Positions 1 through 8,564 of a stretch of 24,000 nt of DNA are shown piece after piece; positions within the stretch are counted from its first letter, which is position 1; each line of letters opens with the position of its first letter. Source of the stretch: Enterococcus faecalis. GTDB lineage: Bacteria; Bacillota; Bacilli; Lactobacillales; Enterococcaceae. Below the pieces are notes generated by a model. That model searched no databases. It had not been told where the DNA came from and worked only from the letters and a program-made list of their open reading frames with translations. The translations under genes were made by a program, and so were the position numbers. The stretch is from NCBI GenBank assembly GCA_051295955.1, contig JBPDWA010000002.1, positions 377,174-401,173 of the forward strand. The letters are read 5' to 3'.

Positions 1-1530
1 ACGGCCTTTCAACAGAAAAAAATTATTGCTGTAAAAAAAATGTTGGGCTATTCAATGGGGCGACAGCTATTAGATGCAAGCAAAGAGTTACTACCTTTAG
101 CACTTGGTGCTTTTAACGCACTAGTTTTAATGTCGGTGCTGCAATTCAGCAAGCTGCAAGCGGTCTTTGGTTGGATCGTATTAATAGTGATTATTTGTTT
201 GGTTTTAATTGCTTGTGGTTATCTTGGATTGGTTATGTTACTACAATCGAAGGTAAAAATAGCGTTAACTGTAAACGGTCATTTTTATCGCAAGATAACG
301 TTGTTCAGTTTGGCCATACTGTTATGTGGTACGCTGCTCGTCTTTTTAAATCAATCTCTCAAGCTCCAACAAGAACTTCAAACTATCAAAAAGATCAACA
401 ACAACCATTTAATTTGGAAACAAACAAAGCATCTTTATAAAACTAATATAACAAATCAATTAGATCGTAATGATGCGACAGAAGAACAGGACTATCTGAA
501 AAAAGCTCAAGTTTTCTATGAACTTATATCAAAAAAGTGGAAGACGTTTATTATAGCTCCCTATAATTATGTAGAGCTACAGCGAACTAAGAAAAATGAC
601 CCGATCTTTGTTGGTGAAATGCGTGGTTTCTCTGCGGAAGAATACATCACTGAACCAGGTGGTATTGATTTAACAATTGACGAAAATTATTTAAAAAGAA
701 ATCCAGTGAGCTTTGTTGACGCTAGAAGTCGCAACCGAATTAATCAGGAAAAAAATACATTGTATCTATTAGTGCCGGAAAAATATCGTTCGTTTGAACA
801 AGCGATCAAAGCCAATTATCTGGATAGCACTAAATTTTATTTAAAGGAGGATCCACCTAATTATCCAGTGGCTTTAGATAAAATTACTATTGAAACGCTC
901 TATGTTGAGAATAATCAAAACTACTTTACGTACAATCCTTTTTATAGTACGCCAGAACAACAGCATACTGTAAAAGACCCTATAGCAATTGTGGTGAATC
1001 CTCATTTGATGAGTGGTTTATTTTGGGGCAACCTTTTGACAGAACATGGAGGGTTGTTTTTTGATGTTCAAGGAACCAAATCAACAGCTGCCTTTGATCA
1101 AATAAAACCTCAAATTAAGCAAGCAAATCTTCAAAATACGGTCAACTCCACCAAATCTGTATATAAAGAAGTAAGCAATTATATTCGCTTAAATCAGACG
1201 CAATTTCTGGCTTATGTTAGCCAATTTAGCCTGTTAATAGGGTTGATTTGTATCTTGAACGTCCAGCTGGTTGGCATTTTGTATCAAATAAATACCAAAA
1301 AAATATTTATAAAACAAGCTTTCGGATATTCTTTTATAGAGCAAGCGTTTGATGTGGTTTTCTGGCCTTTAATTATTGAAAGTGGCACTTTGTTGGCGAC
1401 TCAGTTTCTTTATGGCAGCAATTTATTGAATGTGATAATGGTCAGTCTGTTAGGGTGTTCTAACCTGCTTTGGTTTATTATTTACCGTCATAAGAAACAG
1501 TGTGATTTAAAAAAAGGAGGAATGCTATGA
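1..1530 (+). CDS. Bacteriocin-associated integral membrane protein (DUF1430 / FtsX-like, lactococcin-972-type putative immunity/permease), 5'-partial
   Basis: The frame is open from nt 1, with no stop before the first ATG at 40, so the gene probably starts upstream of the window. It has N-terminal hydrophobic helices, a ~250-aa soluble loop and three C-terminal TM helices. Its stop overlaps the ATG of the downstream ABC ATPase (ATGA at 1527-1530). The family call rests on remembered architecture, not a search. Confidence 0.6.
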   Translation, partial: TAFQQKKIIAVKKMLGYSMGRQLLDASKELLPLALGAFNALVLMSVLQFSKLQAVFGWIVLIVIICLVLIACGYLGLVMLLQSKVKIALTVNGHFYRKITLFSLAILLCGTLLVFLNQSLKLQQELQTIKKINNNHLIWKQTKHLYKTNITNQLDRNDATEEQDYLKKAQVFYELISKKWKTFIIAPYNYVELQRTKKNDPIFVGEMRGFSAEEYITEPGGIDLTIDENYLKRNPVSFVDARSRNRINQEKNTLYLLVPEKYRSFEQAIKANYLDSTKFYLKEDPPNYPVALDKITIETLYVENNQNYFTYNPFYSTPEQQHTVKDPIAIVVNPHLMSGLFWGNLLTEHGGLFFDVQGTKSTAAFDQIKPQIKQANLQNTVNSTKSVYKEVSNYIRLNQTQFLAYVSQFSLLIGLICILNVQLVGILYQINTKKIFIKQAFGYSFIEQAFDVVFWPLIIESGTLLATQFLYGSNLLNVIMVSLLGCSNLLWFIIYRHKKQCDLKKGGML

Positions 1531-2174
1531 TCATTGAAGCAAAAAATTTATTTATTTCTCGAGGAGATAAGCCAATCATAGCAGCTCTTGATTTGGCAGT
1601 TGATTATGGAGAATTTATTATTATTTCAAGAAAAAGTGGTTCCGGAAAAACGACGTTAATTAATAACTTAAGTTTATTAGAGCATAACTATCAAGGTGAG
1701 TTGACCTATTTTAATCAACCGTTAAAAAGTCATAAAATGCTCCAACATTTAAGAAGAAATCACATTAGCTATCTGTTTCAAAATTATGGGTTGCTAAACA
1801 ACTTATCGGTTTATGAAAATCTTAAGTTGGCTTTAAATTATAATCATCAAATAAAAAAAGCGCAGTTACCAGCGTTTTTGGAGGAATTTGGTTTAAACGA
1901 TGTATTGTCAAAGAAAGTCGTTCTTCTTAGTGGTGGTGAGCAACAAAGAGTCGCTTTACTGCGCAGCTTGTTAAAGCCTTATGATATTTTATTTGCCGAT
2001 GAACCAACCGGGAATTTAGATCAAGAAAATACAAAAATTATAATTGAACACTTGCAACGAATTGTAAAACAACAACAGAAAGCAGTGGTAATGGTCACTC
2101 ATGATCCTTCGTTGTTTCGGTATGGAGATCGAGTTATTGATCTTTCAGCAAGGCAAGAAGAAAATTGTTATTAA
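1527..2174 (+). CDS. ABC transporter ATP-binding protein (bacteriocin/peptide-export type, partner of the upstream permease)
   Basis: Motifs present: Walker A-like RKSGSGKTT, Q-loop YLFQNY, ABC signature LSGGEQQR, Walker B ILFADEPTGNLD, H-loop VTHD. It is translationally coupled to the upstream membrane protein. Confidence 0.9.
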   Translation: MIIEAKNLFISRGDKPIIAALDLAVDYGEFIIISRKSGSGKTTLINNLSLLEHNYQGELTYFNQPLKSHKMLQHLRRNHISYLFQNYGLLNNLSVYENLKLALNYNHQIKKAQLPAFLEEFGLNDVLSKKVVLLSGGEQQRVALLRSLLKPYDILFADEPTGNLDQENTKIIIEHLQRIVKQQQKAVVMVTHDPSLFRYGDRVIDLSARQEENCY

Positions 2175-2178
2175 AAAA

Positions 2179-2218
2179 GCTGTCAGGAATTTGGCTCCAA
2201 ATTCCTGACAGCTTTTTT
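2179..2218. terminator. Bidirectional intrinsic terminator between the convergent ABC ATPase and fni genes
   Basis: Perfect 14-bp stem gctgtcaggaattt (2179-2192) / aaattcctgacagc (2199-2212) with a 6-nt loop. It has an A-run upstream and a T-run 2213-2218 downstream. Confidence 0.85.
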
Positions 2219-2228
2219 ATGGGAAAGG

Positions 2229-3284
2229 CTATTTTAGTTGGCTTCTAGTCGCTAATGAAGCAATCGGTAGTTTACGACTTTGGCACCAATTGGTTAATGT
2301 AGGATCCAATACTAGATCAGTGGTGGTAAGTTCAGCAGTTGTCTTTTTGCCTAATAAAGTGTAGAGCATGCGTAATTCTGCTTGCCATTGCTGAATTAAA
2401 GCTAAGGAAGCTGTTAGACCGTCCTGCTTCATTAAGGTGGCTAGAATAGTTCCGGCAACGCCCATACTTTTGGCGCCCAGTGCCAAGCCTTTAACAATAT
2501 CAAGTGAATTGCGAATGCCGCCCGAACCTAAAACCGTTAACTGCTTTTGCCAGGGCAAAGATTCCAAGAGTGAAATGACCGTTGACTGACCCCAATCATC
2601 TAAGAAAGCCAGCTCACGTTTAGGGCGCCGTGCATTTTCAATCTGAGTAAAACTAGTACCCCCTTGACCGCTAACATCGACAGCTGTTACGCCGATTGCT
2701 ATCAGTTGTGCTAAAGTTTCTTGGCTCACACCAAAGCCAACCTCTTTTACAATGACCGGTACGGGAATTTTTGCGACGATCGCTTCAATTGATTTTAGCC
2801 AGTTGGTGAAATCACGATCGCCTTCTGGCATCACGAGTTCTTGGGGTAAATTCAGATGAATTTGTAAGGCATCAGCCTGTAGCAAGTCAATTGCTCGTTG
2901 AGCTTCTTCCAAGCCTAAACCAGCTCCGATATTTGCGACAATAACGCCACGGGGATTTTCTTGTCGAAGAACTTGATAGGTTGGTGCTAAACTGGGATCC
3001 TTTAAGGCAGCAGAAACAGAACCAGTTGCTACTAACAAGCCAGTTTCTTTAGCGAGTATGCCTAATTGTTGGTTGATTTCTTGCGCTCGTTGGCTGCCGC
3101 CGGTCATAGCATTTACATAAAAAGGTTGCGGCAAATTAAACGTCAAAAAAGAAGTCGAAATATCTACTTCGTCTACAGAAAGTTCGGGCAACGAGTGGTG
3201 GACAAAACGTATGCGGTCAAAATCATTTGTTTTTTCTTTATGAAAGGCTTTGGCCAGTGAGAGATGTTCATCTTTTCGATTCAT
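2229..3284 (-). CDS. fni: Isopentenyl-diphosphate delta-isomerase, type 2 (FMN-dependent)
   Basis: [11 protein letters not shown]... N-terminus, TIM-barrel/FMN-type sequence, and position as last gene of the mevalonate operon. I prefer the ATG at 3284, preceded by AAGGAG, over the track start at 3314. It overlaps the mvaK2 stop. Confidence 0.9.
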   Translation of the reverse strand: MNRKDEHLSLAKAFHKEKTNDFDRIRFVHHSLPELSVDEVDISTSFLTFNLPQPFYVNAMTGGSQRAQEINQQLGILAKETGLLVATGSVSAALKDPSLAPTYQVLRQENPRGVIVANIGAGLGLEEAQRAIDLLQADALQIHLNLPQELVMPEGDRDFTNWLKSIEAIVAKIPVPVIVKEVGFGVSQETLAQLIAIGVTAVDVSGQGGTSFTQIENARRPKRELAFLDDWGQSTVISLLESLPWQKQLTVLGSGGIRNSLDIVKGLALGAKSMGVAGTILATLMKQDGLTASLALIQQWQAELRMLYTLLGKKTTAELTTTDLVLDPTLTNWCQSRKLPIASLATRSQLK

Positions 3285-4365
3285 TGTGCTCCTTCTTTCC
3301 ATAACTGTAAACATGTAATGGCAACGGCGTAATGCCTTCTTTCTCCCAAGCGCTCATCAGCGGCAAAATACCGGACTTTTGTTTGAAAATAACAATACCG
3401 CAATCTCCTCCGCCGGCACCTGAAGATTTAGCGGCGCCTCGGTAAGATTCGGCTAAGTCACATAATTTTTTTAATTCTTCAGTTTCGATTATGACACCTG
3501 TCATAGCTGATAGTTCTAGCAAAAGCTGCCGATTTTGAGTTAATTGTTGTTGAATTAATGAAAGATTTCCAGTGGAAAACCCGTGAATCATCGTTTCTAC
3601 GCAAGCTTTGCTTTTAATCAGAAATTGTTGATAGGCTGTTTGCTGATCGGCCTTTGATTGATGAACTTGATCCACTAAATCAGAAGTAGAGGCAGGGCTT
3701 CCGGTCCAACCAATCAATAAACGTAATTGTTTTGGCACCGTTAATGGCTGAATTCTCAGTTGGGGCCATTTTACCGCTAGTAGCTGAGTAAGTGAAGTGT
3801 TTTCCGCTTTTTGATTGACCCAATCATGATCAAAAGTTGAAAAAGCAATCCAACCACCATAGCAGCTGGCTGCAATATCGCCACAAGAACCATTCCCTTG
3901 TACTTCTAAGTGAGCGAGAGCCGATAGTTTGAAAATTTGTTCTTCTGTTAATTTTAGCTCATAAAAAAGATTTAAGGCTTTAACTGTAGCGACCGTTACA
4001 GCTCCGCTAGAACCTAATCCATATTTCCGACCGCTGGAATTATCCAATTCACTAGTCACCTTTAAATGGAAAAAAGAAAGTTGTTTTTTTTGTTCACGTG
4101 CATATTTTTCCGTTAAATGAATCGCTGCTAAAACGTAGTGAAATGGATTTTCTCGAATATCTAATACCAATTCACCTTTGCGCCTAGTCCAGCGAATCGG
4201 TAAAGAGCTATATTGAGCCGATTGAATACTGCCGGCTCCTGTGGTTGCTTCTAAAGTCACTGTAACAAATTGATCTACAGCCACAATAATTGCAGGGTGG
4301 CCGGGTTCAACTACTGCATACTCACCGGCGATAAACAATTTGCCTGGCGTTGCAACTTCAATCAT
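3268..4365 (-). CDS. mvaK2: Phosphomevalonate kinase (GHMP kinase family)
   Basis: [24 protein letters not shown]-terminus and GHMP motif [11 protein letters not shown]. It lies between mvaD and fni. I prefer the start at 4365 (M17 of the track ORF), which overlaps the mvaD stop by 8 nt. Confidence 0.88.
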   Translation of the reverse strand: MIEVATPGKLFIAGEYAVVEPGHPAIIVAVDQFVTVTLEATTGAGSIQSAQYSSLPIRWTRRKGELVLDIRENPFHYVLAAIHLTEKYAREQKKQLSFFHLKVTSELDNSSGRKYGLGSSGAVTVATVKALNLFYELKLTEEQIFKLSALAHLEVQGNGSCGDIAASCYGGWIAFSTFDHDWVNQKAENTSLTQLLAVKWPQLRIQPLTVPKQLRLLIGWTGSPASTSDLVDQVHQSKADQQTAYQQFLIKSKACVETMIHGFSTGNLSLIQQQLTQNRQLLLELSAMTGVIIETEELKKLCDLAESYRGAAKSSGAGGGDCGIVIFKQKSGILPLMSAWEKEGITPLPLHVYSYGKKEHNESKR

Positions 4366-5359
4366 GAATTTCCATCCCTTTCTCATCAAACAACGTGATC
4401 CCCGGTCCAGCAAAGGCCGTGATCAATTGTTCTTTTGAAAAATAGTCTGTTAAAAAAGCTGTGAGAGCCCCTAAATTTTTCTTTTCCACTAAAACTTTAA
4501 CATTTGGGCCTGCATCCATTGTGAAGTAGCAGGGAATTCCGTGTGCTCTAGCTTTGCGCACACAAGCCATTGCTTTAAGGCTATCAGGTGACCAATAAGT
4601 AAAAGGGGGTAACGCCCCTAAGGTCGTTCCATGCATCCGTAGAGCGTTGGCTTCAATTGTTTCTCCTAAATAGATGAAATCTTGCGTGTTAATCGCTTTA
4701 TGAACGGCGGTTAAATCAGCCTCCACTGATGATAACCAGCCGGGATAAAAGACAGAGGTTTCGACAGTTCGTTTCATACCGTCGCGACTGGATATTTCTT
4801 TTTCATTATCGCTTATTAAAATAAACAGCATGGCTAGTTGGTTTTCCCAGCTAGCTGCCGAAATTGCTTCGGCAAAGGACGTTTCATCAGAATCCCCTTG
4901 GTGCCATTGAGCAAAGCCGCCAAAAATACTGCGACAGGCCGAGCCGGAACCTCTGCGAGCTAAGCGGGAGAGATCCTTATCTGATAAATCCAGCTGCAAA
5001 GCTACATTACAGGCTCCTGCTAAAGCTGCTAAGCCACTGGCGGAAGAAGCCAAACCGGCAGCTGTAGGCACGTGATTTTCACTAGTGACTTTCGCATAGA
5101 AAGAACAGTCGGCTTGTTGGCGGACGATGTCTAAAAATTCGGTCAGCTTAGCTGTTTGCTGTTGATTCTGTTGATGACCATCCAAGAAAAAGTAATCTTC
5201 TTGATAAGTAGGATCAAAGGAAACGGTAGTTTCTGTATAAAAAGTATCTAATGTTAAAGATAAGCTACTGTTCATTGGCAAAATTAATTCTTCATTTTTT
5301 TTGCCCCAATACTTGATTAACGCAATGTTTGTATAGGCTCGTGCTTTCCCTAAAAGCAT
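4358..5359 (-). CDS. mvaD: Diphosphomevalonate decarboxylase
   Basis: ARAYTNIALIKYWGK and AAGLASSASG motifs. I prefer the start at 5359 (M11 of the track ORF), which has a GAGGTG RBS and a TAATG overlap with the mvaK1 stop. Confidence 0.9.
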   Translation of the reverse strand: MLLGKARAYTNIALIKYWGKKNEELILPMNSSLSLTLDTFYTETTVSFDPTYQEDYFFLDGHQQNQQQTAKLTEFLDIVRQQADCSFYAKVTSENHVPTAAGLASSASGLAALAGACNVALQLDLSDKDLSRLARRGSGSACRSIFGGFAQWHQGDSDETSFAEAISAASWENQLAMLFILISDNEKEISSRDGMKRTVETSVFYPGWLSSVEADLTAVHKAINTQDFIYLGETIEANALRMHGTTLGALPPFTYWSPDSLKAMACVRKARAHGIPCYFTMDAGPNVKVLVEKKNLGALTAFLTDYFSKEQLITAFAGPGITLFDEKGMEIHD

Positions 5360-6303
5360 TATTTTTTCACCTCTAATGATTGAATCCATGTAGTCACAGC
5401 ACCTTGTTTTTCTAAGGCTTGTGCAATAGTTTCAGCTGTTGATAAAGAATCAGCTAAGGCAATCATGCAGCCACCGCGGCCACCACCGGTTAATTTAGCG
5501 CCTAAAGCATTGTTCGCTAAAGCAGTAGCTACCAGCTGATCTAAAATAGGATTACTAATGGATAGTGTCTGTAAATAATTTTGAGCAGCAGTCATTAATC
5601 TACCTAGCATTTGGTTATCGTCAGCCATGATTGCTGCTTTGGCTTGCTTGGTTAAAGTACCTAGAGCAGTCATTTTGGCTAGAATTGCTTGTTGGTCCTG
5701 CTGGAATAGTTGAGCGACGTCTTTGACAACGGTGCGCGTTTGACCTTTAATGCCTGTATCAGCCACTACCAAGTAGGTGTGAGATAAATTCATAGGGAAG
5801 TGGTGCAACGGTTCTCCTTTAATAAAAAGTACTGGATTAAAACCGCTAGTTGCGGCTGCATCAATACCGCTGGGATTACCGTGGGCAATTTTTTCGCTAA
5901 AGGAAACAAGTGAAAGTAATTCTTTTTGAGTATAGGTATACTCATAATAATCAAAGAAACTACGGACAACGGCCACGGATGTGGCTGCGCTAGAGCCCAT
6001 TCCACGTTCTGACGGTATTGTACTGGAGATGGTGATGGCAAAAGCAGTCGGTGCCTTTTTTAAAAAAGAAAAAATTTGTTGAACGAGTTCCTTAATATTC
6101 TCTAATTGGCGCGGAGACTGTGCCAAGGGCCCCGAATAATAAGAACAATCGATGGTCATGGCTGCGCTTGGTGTGACGGTAGCTGTTACGGCTGTACCTT
6201 GAAAAGGGAAGGCAATTGCCGGCTCTCCATAAACTACAGAGTGCTCTCCCATTAAGATGATTTTCCCGGCAGCTTCCCCGACACCTTGTTTTTTCTCAGT
6301 CAT
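5359..6303 (-). CDS. mvk: Mevalonate kinase
   Basis: GKIILMGEHSVVYGEPAIA and PSERGMGSSAA GHMP-kinase motifs. It is the first gene of the mvaK1-mvaD-mvaK2-fni operon. Confidence 0.9.
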   Translation of the reverse strand: MTEKKQGVGEAAGKIILMGEHSVVYGEPAIAFPFQGTAVTATVTPSAAMTIDCSYYSGPLAQSPRQLENIKELVQQIFSFLKKAPTAFAITISSTIPSERGMGSSAATSVAVVRSFFDYYEYTYTQKELLSLVSFSEKIAHGNPSGIDAAATSGFNPVLFIKGEPLHHFPMNLSHTYLVVADTGIKGQTRTVVKDVAQLFQQDQQAILAKMTALGTLTKQAKAAIMADDNQMLGRLMTAAQNYLQTLSISNPILDQLVATALANNALGAKLTGGGRGGCMIALADSLSTAETIAQALEKQGAVTTWIQSLEVKK

Positions 6304-6585
6304 TTACTTACAGTCCTTTTACTTAAAATAGCGAATGTTTCCGATAATTGATCGCTGTATGTATGAATAATTTCATCGATAGAAACATAGGCTCAGCCTA
6401 TTAAGAGTACCACAAACCCTTCAGACTGGCAAAATGTTATGCCGATGGTGTGAGTGGATTCAACGGAAAAATGAGAACGACATAACCAATCACTCATAGT
6501 TGATTAAAAAAAGATTGTCATCAATTGATACTTCGTGTCTTAACCTTCAATAGTTTACCCAAAAAAGCTGCAGAAGTAAAATAGC

Positions 6586-6633
6586 TCTAATTATTTTTCA
6601 AAAAATTTAACAACTTTTTGAAAAATAATTAGA
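6586..6633 (-). terminator. Perfect 19-bp AT-rich inverted repeat (tctaattatttttcaaaaa / tttttgaaaaataattaga, 10-nt loop). Possibly the terminator of the pentapeptide/FUSC operon, possibly an operator.
   Basis: Read directly: arms 6586-6604 and 6615-6633. It lies 12 nt downstream of the pentapeptide-gene stop and ~280 nt upstream of the mvk start. The U-tract on the minus strand is only partial (gctatttta). Confidence 0.4.
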
Positions 6634-6644
6634 ACTGCTAACGA

Positions 6645-7277
6645 TTATTCAATAATTAATCCTAAAGTACTGGCAATTAATAGCCCCTGTTCTGGTGTCA
6701 CAATAAGTCCTTTTAGATTTTCAGGGGAAAAAAGCAGGGAATCAAAGGTATTACTGGTGAAATCCAATCCTTGTAATTTTGTTCGCAGCCAATTGCTGCC
6801 AGTCAAATTAGCATGTTGGATCAACAAGTGCTTCCAAGTCAATTCGAAAAAATCGCTCTGCTTCAAGCTGGTATTTTGGAAATGAACATCTTTGATGTTG
6901 GTAGCACTAAAAGATGCATAATCCCCTAAACAGTCTTCAAAAACGCAATCTCTTAAATAACCTTCGGCAAAATTAGTGCCGGTTAATTTGCACTGATGAA
7001 AGACGACTTGGTGAAAGCTACCACCAATGAATTCCGTGTTGGAAAAATCACAGCATTCAAAGCGAACGTTGCTGCATTCAAAACGAACAAGATGATTACG
7101 CTGCATGATAACGCGCTGAAAGACTGATTGACGAACTAGCAAGCTATGAACATCTTGATAACTTAAATCTTGATCGACGAGCTGAATGCCGTCAATGGTT
7201 TGTTCATCATCAAGGGTTAGATAATCAAGTTCATCTAATGAAGGAATAACAGGTGCTAATGGTGTTCTTTTTTTCAT
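6645..7277 (-). CDS. Pentapeptide-repeat protein, Qnr-like (EfsQnr-type)
   Basis: Long run of A(D/N)LXX-type pentapeptide repeats (e.g. FECSNVRFECCDFSNTEFIGGSFHQVVFHQCKLTGTNF). About 210 aa with an AAGGAGG RBS. It has the same size and genomic neighbourhood as the E. faecalis qnr-like gene, from memory. Confidence 0.85.
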   Translation of the reverse strand: MKKRTPLAPVIPSLDELDYLTLDDEQTIDGIQLVDQDLSYQDVHSLLVRQSVFQRVIMQRNHLVRFECSNVRFECCDFSNTEFIGGSFHQVVFHQCKLTGTNFAEGYLRDCVFEDCLGDYASFSATNIKDVHFQNTSLKQSDFFELTWKHLLIQHANLTGSNWLRTKLQGLDFTSNTFDSLLFSPENLKGLIVTPEQGLLIASTLGLIIE

Positions 7278-7305
7278 AACAAAACCTCCTTAAGCCCTAA
7301 GCAAC

Positions 7306-8373
7306 TTATTCAACTTCTTTGTCAAAATTTACATTCAACTGATAGGCACGATTGTAGAATTTCACGCTGGTAGTAAGTACATAAGCGCTGGCTAAACCTA
7401 ACAAACTACCTAAAACAATTCCTAATAAACGATAACTTAGCAAGCTGGAGATATATTGGTGACGTGCTAGATTGGAAAGTAACAAAGCCATAGGAGTTGT
7501 AAAAAAGTTTGCGATGGCGTAATTCCGTTTGACAGAAAATTCGACGGTCATAAATAGTAAGCAGATCAATCCAATTGTTTGTAAAGGAGACAAAGCGATG
7601 TTCAATAGAAGGGCGGAAATTAACAAACCAACCATAGTTCCAAAAATTCTTTGGAGATTGCGATGCATGACTGCCCGTAAATTTTCCCCCTGCAAGACAG
7701 CAGCACAGGAAACGATCATCCAATAAGAATTAGTTAAATGAAGGGATTGACTAATATATGTAGCCAAAAATAAAATAACAGCATAATGCAATGCGTCCAA
7801 TAACGCGGCGGGATCTACATATAAGCGTTCTTGTAAGGACATCTTTTTTTGACTCACCATGGGTACGGCATGACGCTGAAGGTAAAAGCTAAGCAAAGTA
7901 GCAATGACTAAAGAAGTTAAAACGCCAATACTCACAAAACCAATCATAATAGGAATTTTGGCTAAAGGAATTTTCATAGCTGTCCCCATCGCAGTGACCA
8001 TAATAATAAAAAAGCCTCCTGGTTTTGCGATCCCATATAAGCGAAAAAGGATCCGGGCGCCAAAGGCTACACCGCTAATCGCAAAAGGAATTGTCCAAGG
8101 CGTATGCGTGCTGAACATACCAACCATCACGCCCGATAAAAGTGAGCAGCCGACAATTCCTAAACGCCGGAGCAACTGCTTGCGAGGCAGATCTTGATAA
8201 TACAATAGAGGGAAAATACCTAGAGAGCCAAAGCTGCTGATGGTTAGATTGTTAAAAAAATAGCCGATTAAAAGAGGAATGGCCATGCAAACTCCAGAGC
8301 CGATTATTCGTATGGGATTTTCTTGAGATCTATTGATGGTGAAGAGGTTTTTTAAAAAAGTTGAAATTTTCAC
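7306..8373 (-). CDS. FUSC-family (aromatic acid exporter-like) integral membrane protein
   Basis: Multi-TM protein, 28 nt upstream of the pentapeptide gene on the same strand. I prefer the GTG at 8373 (VKISTFLKNLF...), preceded by AAAGGATGAG with 7-nt spacing. The track start at 8496 has no RBS and would cover the likely promoter. Confidence 0.65.
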   Translation of the reverse strand: MKISTFLKNLFTINRSQENPIRIIGSGVCMAIPLLIGYFFNNLTISSFGSLGIFPLLYYQDLPRKQLLRRLGIVGCSLLSGVMVGMFSTHTPWTIPFAISGVAFGARILFRLYGIAKPGGFFIIMVTAMGTAMKIPLAKIPIMIGFVSIGVLTSLVIATLLSFYLQRHAVPMVSQKKMSLQERLYVDPAALLDALHYAVILFLATYISQSLHLTNSYWMIVSCAAVLQGENLRAVMHRNLQRIFGTMVGLLISALLLNIALSPLQTIGLICLLFMTVEFSVKRNYAIANFFTTPMALLLSNLARHQYISSLLSYRLLGIVLGSLLGLASAYVLTTSVKFYNRAYQLNVNFDKEVE

Positions 8374-8407
8374 AGACTCATCCTTTCTACTATAAGGGAA
8401 CACTTCT

Positions 8408-8437
8408 AATGTATCATATTGTTTTTGGCGCTGGCAA
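8408..8437 (-). promoter_or_regulatory. Putative sigma-A promoter of the FUSC/pentapeptide operon
   Basis: On the minus strand: TTGCCA (rc of 8432-8437), 18 nt, then TG-n-TACATT (rc of 8408-8413) as an extended -10. It lies ~35 nt upstream of the GTG start. Confidence 0.3.
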
Positions 8438-8523
8438 TACATAAAAAAAGAAGTTATATAAAGACGAAAAGAAAATTTTATGGGAATAACTGACAAAAAG
8501 ATTAAAAAAAAGAAAGTTAAATA

Positions 8524-8552
8524 TTGCTTTTTTGATGTGAAAATTGTAAACT
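8524..8552 (+). promoter_or_regulatory. Putative oppA promoter
   Basis: TTGCTT (8524-8529), 17 nt, TAAACT (8547-8552). An alternative is TTGTAA (8544-8549), 17 nt, TTAATA (8567-8572). The region is AT-rich, so the assignment is tentative. Confidence 0.3.
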
Positions 8553-8564
8553 GTATCTCATAAG

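Noticed and set aside
171-440. Plus-strand 89-aa ORF in an alternative frame
   Set aside because: It is embedded in the TM-rich N-terminal part of the 1-1530 membrane protein, with no RBS.
3066-6041. ORFs 3066-3260 (+), 4864-5067 (+) and 5790-6041 (-)
   Set aside because: They are antisense or off-frame shadows inside fni, mvaD and mvk.
7406-8197. ORFs 7406-7723 (-), 7529-7726 (+) and 7904-8197 (+)
   Set aside because: They are alternative-frame or antisense shadows inside the FUSC-family gene.
7306-8496. Full-length 396-aa version of the FUSC-family ORF
   Set aside because: The first ~40 codons (MSVIPIKFSFRLYITSFFMYCQRQKQYDTLEVFPYSRKDES) have no RBS and cover a promoter-like TTGCCA...TACATT. 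An in-frame GTG at 8373 has a good RBS.
8500-8518. 9-nt match (attaaaaaa) to the reverse complement of the guide region, upstream of oppA
   Set aside because: The match involves the TAM-distal part of the guide only. It is a homopolymer-rich AT sequence and the seed (TAATTATT) is absent.
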